DNA of 32,000 nt from Zymomonas mobilis subsp. mobilis ATCC 10988 (GTDB lineage Bacteria; Pseudomonadota; Alphaproteobacteria; Sphingomonadales; Sphingomonadaceae). Position 1 is the first letter of the stretch, and every line of letters starts with the position of its first letter. The translations under genes and the position numbers were made by a program. Below the pieces are notes generated by a model. The model did not search any database. It saw only the letters and a list, made by a program, of their open reading frames with translations, and had not been told where the DNA came from. Below are positions 1-9,732 of this stretch, in pieces. The stretch spans positions 1,050,001 to 1,082,000 of the forward strand of contig NC_017262.1 of assembly GCF_000175255.2 (NCBI RefSeq), in the 5' to 3' direction.

Positions 1-1
1 G

Positions 2-3000
2 CATTTTCCCACTGCTGAAACGCTCGATAAAACCGTTAATCCAGGCGAATTATTTACCCCTTTACCTGCGGATAGCTCTCAATTAGCGGCGATTGTGGCC
101 TCGGCTAAAGGCTGTGATTTTGTTCTGGATGGTCCTCCGGGGACAGGGAAATCCCAGACTATCGCCAATATTATTGCCCATAATCTGGCTTTGGGGCGGC
201 GCGTTTTATTCGTAGCAGAGAAAAAAGCCGCACTCGATGTCGTTCAGCGGCGTTTAAATGCCAATGGATTAGGCGATTTCTGTCTGGAACTTCATTCCAG
301 CAAGGCGACCCGTAGCGAAGTTATTAAACAGCTCAATCGAGCTTGGGCAGCGAGTAAGGATATTCCCGAAGCTGACTGGAAAAGTGAAGCTGAAAAGCTG
401 CGGCAGTTGCGCGACAACCTTAATGAAGTCGTTCATTTGTTGCATCAGCGTCAGCCGAATGGGCTAACGCTCTATCAAGCAATCGGGGTTGTGGTTCGGG
501 ATGGTGGCCGTGCGGTGCCTCGTCTGAATTTTTATCATCCGCTGCAACATAGTGAGCAAGACCTTGCTCATTTTCGTGATCTGGCGCAGCGTTTAGGGCT
601 GGCTTGGCAGGAAGTTGAAGATATCCCGCAGGATTTCGATGCAGTAACGGTAAGCGAATGGTCGAATGGTTGGCAGGAATCCATTGTTGCAGCAGCCAAG
701 AAGTTAAAAAATGCTGTTTTAGAAGTGATTGCCGCCAAAGAGGCTATTATTGAGGCTTCTAATTTGCCGATTATGGCCGATAGTCGCGACGGATTGGAGC
801 AATTAAGTCATTTTATCCATTTGTTGGGAAAAGCCTATGGCCGGAATTGTTATCTGGCTTTCTCACCTGAAAAAAATAAAATTATCGAGGCCGCTTATCA
901 GCTTATTTCTATTCTAAAAAGCTATCGCAAAGAGGCTTCCGGTCTGTCTGTCCGCTATGATCGCGATATTCTAAGACGGCTACGCACACATCCACGCCGA
1001 TTATGGCAGGAGTGGGAAAAAGCTGACCAGCGCTTCTGGTTCTTTTCTGTTTTTGAAAAGAAAAAAATTATCAAGCATTTGGCTAAAGCTGGACGCACCA
1101 AAGGCCGGATTGATGCCGCGCATGATTTGCCTCGTCTGGTGATGATGGGGCGATTCTATGAAAAGCTCTATCACTTAAGAAAAACAATGCCTGCCTTGAA
1201 ATATTTTTCTGGCTGGAAAGGTATTAGCAGCAATCTGACGATGATTGCAGATGAATGCAGCTTTGCCGAAGAATTGGAAGCTGCGGTTACAGCGCAGGCA
1301 GCTAACCCCGCCCATTTGATCGAATTACGGCAAGCTGTCAAAAATCTGGTTATGGAGGCGAATGCGCTATTAGACCCTGCTTCGCCTTTAATGATTGCAG
1401 CGCGGCGGCTGAAAAGTGCTTTGCAAATATTGGATAGAGCCAAGGATAGTTTTGTTTCTTTGGCTGATTCCGATATGCCCAATGACCCAAAGGCATGGCT
1501 GGAATTGGCTGAAACCATTATCAGCTATGAAAACCGTTTGCAGGCTTGGGCGAATTGGCAACGGATTCGGTATGAAGCAGTATCAGCGGGACTAAAACCT
1601 TTGGTCGATGCGATCGAAAGTCATGCGATCCCAAGCGATCAGGTGGCTTCTGCCTTTGAAGCCGGTTATGCGCGCTGGTTTGCCAGTAATCTGATTGATG
1701 CTGAACCGCGATTGCGGCGTTTCTCTTCGGCTATGCAGATGGCTGATATTGCGGCTTTCCGAAAAGTTGATGACCGTGTGTCTGAATTATCAGTGCAATA
1801 TATTCGGGCGCAATTAGCTAAAAATATTGCGGTTGATGAAAATAACGGTTTGCCTGCTGGTTATGCCATTTTGAAAAGACAGCTTCAATTAAAGCATCCT
1901 ATGCCTATCCGGCAGTTGATTAGCGAAATGGGTGATGATTTCGGACGCTTGGCACCTTGTATGCTGATGAGTCCATTATCAGTTGCCCAGTTTTTACCGC
2001 CCGATCATGCGTTATTTGATCTGGTTATTTTTGATGAGGCTTCGCAAATCGCGCCTTGGGATGCGATCGGCGCAATGGCGAGAGGAAAGCAGGTTATTGT
2101 TGCCGGTGATCCACGTCAGATGCCGCCGACCAGCTTTTTTAATCGTTCGGTGCAAAATGATGATTTGGTGGCTGATACCGAACGCGACATGGAAAGTATT
2201 CTTGATGAATGTTTAAGCGCGGGTATCCCGATGCATTCTTTGAATTTCCATTACCGCAGCCGTCATGAAAGCCTGATCGCCTTTTCAAACCATAGTTATT
2301 ATGATGGCAGTCTGATTACATTTCCAGCTCCAGTCAGGAAAGAAACGGCGGTACATTGGCGGCGAGTGAACGGGGTTTATAGTCGTGGCCGGAATCGCGT
2401 GAATGCTATTGAAGCCCAAGCCATGGTGGATGAGGCTGTAGCCCGTTTGACTGATCCCGAATTTAACCGGCAAGGCTGGTCTTTGGGCATTATTACCTTG
2501 AATAGCGACCAGCAAAGATTGGTTGAAGATTTGCTGGATAAAGCGCGTCGAGATCATCCTGAAATTGAATCCCATTTCAGCGATTTACTGCCAGAACCTG
2601 TTACGGTTCGTAATCTGGAAACGGTACAGGGTATCGAACGCGATTTGGTGATTATCGGGATTGGTTTTGGCCCGACAGAACCCGGTTCACCGACAATGCT
2701 GATGTCCTTTGGCCCTCTGTCTGCTGAAGGCGGATGGCGGCGGCTGAATGTCGCCTTGACCCGCGCCAGACAGGAAATGATTTTATTTACCTCCTTTGGC
2801 CCTGAAATGATTGATTTAAACCGGACAACTTCACGGGCGGTTATTGATCTGAAACATTTCATCGAATTTGCTGATCGGGGCCCGCAAGCCTTTGCCGAAG
2901 CCGTCCATGGGTCTTTGGGTGGATATGATTCACCTTTTGAAGAGGCGGTGGCTGCGGAATTGATGCATCGGGGCTGGCAAGTCGCTTCCCAAATAGGGGT

Positions 3001-3286
3001 TTCCCGTTTCAGAATTGATTTGGGGGTTGTTCATCCTGATCGCCCCGGTGATTATCTAGCCGGTGTCGAATGTGATGGTGCCACTTATCATAGTGCAGCA
3101 ACGGCGCGGGATCGGGATAAAGTCAGAGAAGCGATATTGTCCGAACTAGGATGGAAGCTGGTTCGGGTTTGGTCAACCGATTGGTGGGTTGATAAAGAAG
3201 GCGCAGCCGAGCATCTTCATAACGCCCTGGTCGCGATTTTAGAAGAAGATCGGCGCAAGAATAAAATGGCTTTGCCTGCAAGCTGA
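2..3286 (+). CDS. Superfamily-1B (Upf1-like) helicase fused to a C-terminal Vsr/DUF559-like PD-(D/E)xK nuclease domain; the 5' end lies outside the window
   Basis: The frame is open from nt 2 (HFPTAETLDK...PLPADSSQLAAIVAS), so the ORF-track start at 95 is not the real start. Helicase motifs: Walker A GPPGTGKSQT (nt 131-160), motif II VIFDEASQ (nt 2024-2047), then GDPRQMPP, YRSRHESLI, TVQGIERD and RLNVALTRAR. The C-terminal FRIDLGVV..GVECDGATYH..RDRDK..GWKLVRVW (about nt 3010-3190) resembles the Vsr/DUF559 endonuclease fold. Confidence 0.8.
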   Translation, partial: HFPTAETLDKTVNPGELFTPLPADSSQLAAIVASAKGCDFVLDGPPGTGKSQTIANIIAHNLALGRRVLFVAEKKAALDVVQRRLNANGLGDFCLELHSSKATRSEVIKQLNRAWAASKDIPEADWKSEAEKLRQLRDNLNEVVHLLHQRQPNGLTLYQAIGVVVRDGGRAVPRLNFYHPLQHSEQDLAHFRDLAQRLGLAWQEVEDIPQDFDAVTVSEWSNGWQESIVAAAKKLKNAVLEVIAAKEAIIEASNLPIMADSRDGLEQLSHFIHLLGKAYGRNCYLAFSPEKNKIIEAAYQLISILKSYRKEASGLSVRYDRDILRRLRTHPRRLWQEWEKADQRFWFFSVFEKKKIIKHLAKAGRTKGRIDAAHDLPRLVMMGRFYEKLYHLRKTMPALKYFSGWKGISSNLTMIADECSFAEELEAAVTAQAANPAHLIELRQAVKNLVMEANALLDPASPLMIAARRLKSALQILDRAKDSFVSLADSDMPNDPKAWLELAETIISYENRLQAWANWQRIRYEAVSAGLKPLVDAIESHAIPSDQVASAFEAGYARWFASNLIDAEPRLRRFSSAMQMADIAAFRKVDDRVSELSVQYIRAQLAKNIAVDENNGLPAGYAILKRQLQLKHPMPIRQLISEMGDDFGRLAPCMLMSPLSVAQFLPPDHALFDLVIFDEASQIAPWDAIGAMARGKQVIVAGDPRQMPPTSFFNRSVQNDDLVADTERDMESILDECLSAGIPMHSLNFHYRSRHESLIAFSNHSYYDGSLITFPAPVRKETAVHWRRVNGVYSRGRNRVNAIEAQAMVDEAVARLTDPEFNRQGWSLGIITLNSDQQRLVEDLLDKARRDHPEIESHFSDLLPEPVTVRNLETVQGIERDLVIIGIGFGPTEPGSPTMLMSFGPLSAEGGWRRLNVALTRARQEMILFTSFGPEMIDLNRTTSRAVIDLKHFIEFADRGPQAFAEAVHGSLGGYDSPFEEAVAAELMHRGWQVASQIGVSRFRIDLGVVHPDRPGDYLAGVECDGATYHSAATARDRDKVREAILSELGWKLVRVWSTDWWVDKEGAAEHLHNALVAILEEDRRKNKMALPAS

Positions 3287-3444
3287 TATCAGCAAAGGGA
3301 GAAAATCCGACAGCCGCCATGATTTATTTTAACTTATGGATGTAAAAGTCGTTCTCTTTCCTATAGCGCGCGTTTTTATCAATATAGATGCGGCCTTTTA
3401 ATGAAGGGGGTAATAGCCTCTGGAAAAGACCGATGGAGTGCAAA

Positions 3445-5019
3445 ATGAAATTGACAGAAAAGACTTTTGACCTTTTTCAGGAAGATGGCAGTCTTCTTGA
3501 AAAAAATATCCGTTTTCAGGAAGATGGTCGGGTCTTGGGTGTCCAACATTTTGATCGCCAATATTGGTCTGTTGTCGGCACGCAGATTGTTTTGACCAAC
3601 GAGCATAAAACGCCCTCAATTATTTTTGCTTGCTGTTTGGAGCATAGCGATCTTTTTGCTTTTTTTGGGCAATCAGCAAAGGATGGCAATAATAAAGCCC
3701 GTTTTATTCTGTTTGAGACAGGGGCTGCTTCTGTTCCTGCTGTCGCGCCTGCACCTGATTTGACGCCCGCTTTAATGATTTTAGAGCGCAAACTTGATCA
3801 TATGCGCGATACGATGAATCTGGTTTCGCAGCGTAGCAGTCGCTCTTCTTCTAAAATAAAAGTGTTATTCCTGATTCATAATATGGCGTTGTGGGATAGC
3901 TTGCGGGATGTCTATGCGCTTATGGCTGCGCGTGATAATTATGAGGTTATTGTCGCGACTTCGCCTCGTTATTTTCCGGCAACGCAGGATTATCAGGCAG
4001 AAGATGAGGTGCATCAGGGTTTAGAACAGCAATCTATTCCCCATATCCGCTTTAAAGATGATTTTGAGTCAGCATTACAGGTTATAAAAGCGATCGCACC
4101 GGATGTCATTTTCCGTCAGATGCCTTGGGAAGTGAATACGCCGGAACCTTTCCAGACGCAGCATCTCAATTTTGCTCGCCTGTGCTATGTCCCTTATTAT
4201 GGCTTGAACATTCTGGAAAAATTGACGGCGGAAGAAAACGAGCAAGATTTTTCTGCTGACCAGTATTTTCATCGTATGTGTTGGCGGATGTATTGCGAGA
4301 ATGAGCCACTGTATCAGCGCATGAAAGAAAAATCCTTGCGCGGCGGTGATAATATCGTGGTGAGCGGTCATCCCAAGCTTGACCGTCTATGGGAATCCCG
4401 CAAAAATCCGGAATGGCCGATCAAATCGGAAGGTGAGAAGAAATTCCGTCTGATATGGGCGCCTCATCACACCATTGGGAATGGTTGGCTTGATTTTGGT
4501 ATTTTTCCACAGACTTTCGGCGATATGTTGCAATGGGCAGAAGATGCGCAAGATATCGAATTTGTTTTGCGGCCACATCCCTTGCTGTTTAATTCCCTGC
4601 TATTTTATAAGCTATTTAATGAGCAGCAGGTCGAGCAATTCAAGAAATTATGGAACCGTTTGCCGAATACCGCTTTGAGTGAAGGTGGGGAGTATGGTCC
4701 TTTATTAGCGGCTTCTGATGCAATGATTACCGAGGGAGTCAGCTTCCTTGCTGAATATCAGATATTCCATGATAAACCGTTGATCTTTTTGGATAGCCAA
4801 CGTCATCGTGGATTTAATGCAGTGGGTGAAAAAATTATGCGTGGCACCTATAATGCAACCACTATTCAGGCGGCACGGGAAATTGTCGATTCTTATCGTC
4901 AAAAAGGGAATGATCCCTTGGCCGATATTCGAAAAGAAAATTTTGATATGATGATGCCTTGGCCAGGGAAAGCGGCTGAACGGATTGTGGATGATATTCA
5001 GGCAAATATTGCCTTATAA
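3445..5019 (+). CDS. TagB/TagF-like CDP-polyol:polyol-phosphate transferase (Glyphos_transf-like) with an uncharacterised N-terminal domain
   Basis: GGAG at 3435-3438 lies 6 nt upstream of ATG 3445, which favours this start over the track start at 3388. The C-terminal ~400 aa carry motifs I recall from the TagF family: VSGHPKLD (cf. GYPRND), LIWAPHHT (cf. LYAPTWR), VLRPHP, and SDAMITEGVSFLAEY (cf. LITDYSS). The N-terminal ~95 aa have no recognisable motif and are followed by an Ala/Pro linker (AAPVPAVAPAPDLTPA). Confidence 0.65.
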   Translation: MKLTEKTFDLFQEDGSLLEKNIRFQEDGRVLGVQHFDRQYWSVVGTQIVLTNEHKTPSIIFACCLEHSDLFAFFGQSAKDGNNKARFILFETGAASVPAVAPAPDLTPALMILERKLDHMRDTMNLVSQRSSRSSSKIKVLFLIHNMALWDSLRDVYALMAARDNYEVIVATSPRYFPATQDYQAEDEVHQGLEQQSIPHIRFKDDFESALQVIKAIAPDVIFRQMPWEVNTPEPFQTQHLNFARLCYVPYYGLNILEKLTAEENEQDFSADQYFHRMCWRMYCENEPLYQRMKEKSLRGGDNIVVSGHPKLDRLWESRKNPEWPIKSEGEKKFRLIWAPHHTIGNGWLDFGIFPQTFGDMLQWAEDAQDIEFVLRPHPLLFNSLLFYKLFNEQQVEQFKKLWNRLPNTALSEGGEYGPLLAASDAMITEGVSFLAEYQIFHDKPLIFLDSQRHRGFNAVGEKIMRGTYNATTIQAAREIVDSYRQKGNDPLADIRKENFDMMMPWPGKAAERIVDDIQANIAL

Positions 5020-5063
5020 AACCTCAATCCCTGTAATTTTGATTTAATAGGCCGGAGAAGATT

Positions 5064-6407
5064 ATGGCTGTTGCCGTTATTTTGGGAGGCGGGAAAGGCA
5101 CCCGTTTTGGTGATCCGCTACCCAAGCAATTCAAGGTATTAGGTGGAAAGCCGATCATCCAATATACCTTGGAGGCCTTTTATTCTCATCCGGCGATTGA
5201 TGAAATTATTGTGACCTATCCGGTTGAATACCGGAAAGAGATTGCAAAGATAACCGCGCCTTTTTCTAAAAAACCGATCCATTTGGTGGCGGGGGGTGCT
5301 TCCCGCATGGAAACAACCATGGCGGCTTTGGCTGCGGCGGGTGATCGTCATGTTAAGATTTTATTTCATGATGCGGTTCGCCCTTTTGTTTCCCATGATA
5401 TCATCAGCGATAGTTTGGTTGCTCTTGATCGGCATCAGGCCGTTGATGTTGTTATTCCAACGGCCGATACTATCGTTTCTTTGAATGAGGCGCAGGATCA
5501 TTTACTGTCTATCCCCAAACGTAGTCTGCTACGCCGTGGACAAACGCCGCAAGGTTTCTGGGGCGATTCTCTGGCGGCTGCTTATCGGGCGATAGATCCT
5601 GAAATTCTTGACCGTTTTTCCGATGATTGCGGTGTATTTCTTTATCAAAATCCTGATGCTGATATCGGTGTGGTCACCGGTGATGATAAAAATATCAAAA
5701 TTACGACACCGATAGATTTCTTTTTGGCTGAACAAATCCTCTATTCAGGGCAGGCGGCTAGCCGATCAGTGGTTTCCGAGGAAAAAAGCCAGAAGTCCGT
5801 GGTTCTTTTTGGCGCTTCATCAGGATTGGGCGCGGCGGCCGCTAAAGCTATGGAAGCCAAAGGCTGGCAAGTCTTTGCCGCTTCGCGTAGCACGGGGGTC
5901 GATATTTGTGATCCTGAACAGGTGAATGGTTTTTTTAAGGAAGTAGCCTCTAAAACATCTGAAATTGACGCGGTTGCAGTTTTCTCCGGTGTTTTGAAAA
6001 CCGGCAAGATTACAGAAATGAGCCGTGAAGAAATCCGTCAAATGATAGATGTCAATTTGATCGGTTCATTAAATGTGGCCTTGGCTTCTTTCCCCTATTT
6101 GAAGAAGTCATCTGGTCATTTATTGATGGTTAGCTCCAGTAGTTATTTTCGCGGGCGTGCTAATTCAGCGGTTTATTCATCTTCCAAAGCGGCGGTAGTT
6201 AATTTAACGCAAGCGCTTTCTGAAGAATGGGCAGAGGATAATATTGCGGTTTCTTGCATTGCCCCAAGACGTGCCAATACACCGATGCGAAGAAAAGCTT
6301 TCCCGCATGAAGATCCAGCGATTTGCCTTGATCCCGATATTGTTAGCCAGCAAGTCGTTGCGATGTTGGAACATTCCCAGACAGGTTTAATCAAACATAT
6401 TTATTGA
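5064..6407 (+). CDS. Bifunctional IspD/TarI-like cytidylyltransferase fused to a short-chain dehydrogenase/reductase (Bcs1/Acs1-type putative CDP-ribitol synthase)
   Basis: The N-terminus AVILGGGKGTRFG..PKQF is the IspD/TarI nucleotidyltransferase signature. The C-terminal half has the SDR glycine motif VVLFGASSGLGAAAAK and the catalytic YSSSKAA (YxxxK). RBS GGAG lies 8 nt upstream of the ATG. The gene sits 44 nt downstream of the TagF-like gene on the same strand. Confidence 0.75.
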   Translation: MAVAVILGGGKGTRFGDPLPKQFKVLGGKPIIQYTLEAFYSHPAIDEIIVTYPVEYRKEIAKITAPFSKKPIHLVAGGASRMETTMAALAAAGDRHVKILFHDAVRPFVSHDIISDSLVALDRHQAVDVVIPTADTIVSLNEAQDHLLSIPKRSLLRRGQTPQGFWGDSLAAAYRAIDPEILDRFSDDCGVFLYQNPDADIGVVTGDDKNIKITTPIDFFLAEQILYSGQAASRSVVSEEKSQKSVVLFGASSGLGAAAAKAMEAKGWQVFAASRSTGVDICDPEQVNGFFKEVASKTSEIDAVAVFSGVLKTGKITEMSREEIRQMIDVNLIGSLNVALASFPYLKKSSGHLLMVSSSSYFRGRANSAVYSSSKAAVVNLTQALSEEWAEDNIAVSCIAPRRANTPMRRKAFPHEDPAICLDPDIVSQQVVAMLEHSQTGLIKHIY

Positions 6408-6419
6408 ATTTTACATCTC

Positions 6420-6444
6420 GGCTGCCAGAAAATATCTGGCAGCC
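6420..6444. terminator. Perfect 9-bp stem / 7-nt loop hairpin between convergent genes (possible bidirectional terminator)
   Basis: GGCTGCCAG-aaaatat-CTGGCAGCC lies 13 nt after the stop of the 5064-6407 gene and about 110 nt after the mutL stop. The flanking T/A runs are weak (ctgtaaaaatttt). Confidence 0.45.
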
Positions 6445-6556
6445 CTGTAAAAATTTTAAAGACTATTGCAAAATATCGCAGCTTATTTGGGTGCATAGGG
6501 ATGGGGGTTAAACGGATAGCCGTTTCCAATCCTCTATTCCCAAAAAACGATATGGC

Positions 6557-8398
6557 TTAGCTCCGACCGAATAATTTTTCGATATCCTTATGACCCAACT
6601 TAACCCATGTCGGGCGGCCGTGATTGCATTGGCCACTATGGGGCGTGATTTCCATTTCCCGCAGTAAAGCGTTCATTTCCGCGATCGAAAGTAAACGACC
6701 CGCCCTGACTGATCCGTGACAGGCCATGGTTGCAACAATATGGTCAAATTTTTCTTTTAACAGGAGGCTCTGATCATAGGCGGTGATTTCAGCCGCGAGG
6801 TCTTTTATCATCGCTTTGACTTCGCAATTGCCAAGCATTGCAGGGGTTGCCCGCACCAAGATGGCTTCATGGCCGAAGCGTTCGGTTTCAAGTCCCATCG
6901 CTGCAAATTCATCTTGTCTTTGTTCGAACAGGTCGCAAGAGACTTCATCCATTTCGACAACATCCGGCATCAGTAGCCTTTGACTGGCTACTTGGCCATT
7001 TTCCAAGGCACGTCGCATCCGTTCCATAACCAGTCTTTCATGCGCGGCATGCTGATCGACAATGACCAATCCGTCTTTGGATTCCGCTATAATATAAGTG
7101 GCAGCGATTTGGCCTCTTGCCAGTCCTAGAGGAAAATCACTCTGTTCCGAACTATCTGTAGAGGTATTCCGTCCCATGGGGGGGATGGGCGATTTTGTGG
7201 CGGCACTCCACAAGTCGTCAGCTGTTCTTTGATGTGCTTGTGCCGAAGGGGCTTTGGGGGCTTCTGTTGGGCGGCTTTTAAAAAGAAGACCGGAATCGGA
7301 AAGGGCGGATTTTTCTTCGTGAATCGCAGCTGGATTTGTCGAGATAGGTAAATCGCTGCTTTTTCGCCATTTTCCCATGGCTTGAACATCAGCGGGTTGC
7401 GCGCTTCTGAAACCGGATAGGTCAAGACTTTCCCGAAGAGCGCCGACAATAAGACTACGCACCGCTTGAGAATCCCTGAAACGCACTTCGCCCTTCGCAG
7501 GATGAACATTGATATCGACATCGCTATTAGGCAGTGTCAGAAATAGTGCCAAAACCGGATGGCGGTCTTTTGCCAGTAGGTCATGATAGGCTGCCCGAAC
7601 TGAACCGATAAGCAAGCGGTCTTTAACAGGGCGGCCATTGACAAACAAATATTGATGATCGGCCAGACCACGGTGAAAAGTCGGTAGGCTAGCTACCCCT
7701 TCAAGCTGCATCTGGTCGCGCTGATATTCAACCGTGACGCTATTGTCTTTCAATGTCCGGTCAATCAGAGCGGCGACCCTTCTTTGTCGACTTTCACCGC
7801 CATTTAAAGAAAAAATACGTCTGCCATCATGTTCCAGCGAAAAAGCAATATCGGGGCGTGTCATTGCCAGCCGTCTGACGACATCATGGCAGGCCATATA
7901 TTCGCTTTTGGCGCTGCGCATGAATTTCCGACGGGCTGGAATACGGGCGAAAAGGGAATCAACCTTTATTCTTGTCCCTTTGGGCAGGGGAGCGATGCCT
8001 TCCTTCTCGAAATGTCCATTATCGACGATAATTTTCCAGCCACTATCGCTGTCGGCTGTTCGGCTTTCCAATGTCAGGCGGGCAACGCTGGCGATTGAAG
8101 GGAGCGCTTCGCCACGAAAACCCAAGGTAGTGACGGCTTCGATGGCATCATTATCAGGGAGTTTCGAAGTCGCATGGCGTTCCAAGGCCAGCCGCATTTC
8201 GTCCGCAGGAATACCGATGCCGTTATCAATGACTTCAATCCCGTCTAAGCCGCCTTTTAGCAAGCGAATAAGGATGCGGGTTGATTGGGCATCAATGGCA
8301 TTTTCAACCAGTTCTTTTAAAGCACTGGCCGGTCTTTCGACAACTTCGCCCGCAGCGATACGATTTATGACGTCTTCTGGCAGACGGCGTATTGACAT
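6557..8398 (-). CDS. mutL: DNA mismatch repair protein MutL (endonuclease-type)
   Basis: The N-terminus MSIRRLPEDVINRIAAGEVVERPASALKELVENAIDA is the GHKL ATPase signature. The C-terminal DQHAAHERLVMERM is the MutL endonuclease motif. The start was moved to ATG 8398 (M18 of the track ORF) because canonical MutL begins at this conserved motif. Confidence 0.95.
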   Translation of the reverse strand: MSIRRLPEDVINRIAAGEVVERPASALKELVENAIDAQSTRILIRLLKGGLDGIEVIDNGIGIPADEMRLALERHATSKLPDNDAIEAVTTLGFRGEALPSIASVARLTLESRTADSDSGWKIIVDNGHFEKEGIAPLPKGTRIKVDSLFARIPARRKFMRSAKSEYMACHDVVRRLAMTRPDIAFSLEHDGRRIFSLNGGESRQRRVAALIDRTLKDNSVTVEYQRDQMQLEGVASLPTFHRGLADHQYLFVNGRPVKDRLLIGSVRAAYHDLLAKDRHPVLALFLTLPNSDVDINVHPAKGEVRFRDSQAVRSLIVGALRESLDLSGFRSAQPADVQAMGKWRKSSDLPISTNPAAIHEEKSALSDSGLLFKSRPTEAPKAPSAQAHQRTADDLWSAATKSPIPPMGRNTSTDSSEQSDFPLGLARGQIAATYIIAESKDGLVIVDQHAAHERLVMERMRRALENGQVASQRLLMPDVVEMDEVSCDLFEQRQDEFAAMGLETERFGHEAILVRATPAMLGNCEVKAMIKDLAAEITAYDQSLLLKEKFDHIVATMACHGSVRAGRLLSIAEMNALLREMEITPHSGQCNHGRPTWVKLGHKDIEKLFGRS

Positions 8399-8655
8399 AT
8401 TTCTAACCCTGCCCCAAGCGGTTCTCTGGCTTTCCGGTTCAATATTCATATAAAACCGGAAAATGGCTTTTTTTTAACCTTTTAAAGTCATAGTATAGGA
8501 TGTTCAGGATCGATATAGGGTCGATAAATTAATAGTCCTGATCTATCCCTTTAATATCGGTATATGCGTAATATACCGGTTTCTTTTTGGTCGGGAAAGT
8601 TTATAGCTTTTCTGGCTTCTTTCCTAAAGCCCCTTGTTAGCGGACGGATGCTTGA

Positions 8656-9702
<1,047 letters not shown>

Positions 9703-9732
9703 TTTTTGAGCAGGTAAAGGATCTTTTGAAGC

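Noticed and set aside
3388-3444. N-terminal extensions suggested by the ORF track: 3388 for the TagF-like gene, 8449 for mutL, 20553 for ligA, 30507 for lrp and 19150 for IS orfA.
   Set aside because: Internal start codons have better SD spacing or coincide with conserved family N-termini. The 20553 start would also overlap the 3' end of tgt. These starts remain predictions.
2-6407. Treating the helicase-nuclease, the TagF-like transferase and the cytidylyltransferase-SDR fusion as one three-gene defence operon.
   Set aside because: The only support is shared strand and proximity. There is a ~160-nt gap with no evidence of co-transcription, and the two downstream genes form a self-sufficient biosynthetic pair. 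I kept this as speculation inside the individual findings rather than as a claim.
7734-8453. A 239-aa ORF on the plus strand, opposite mutL.
   Set aside because: It lies entirely antisense to a well-supported mutL CDS. It has a Ser/Arg/Ala-rich low-complexity composition typical of the reverse frame of a real gene, with no motif and no RBS.
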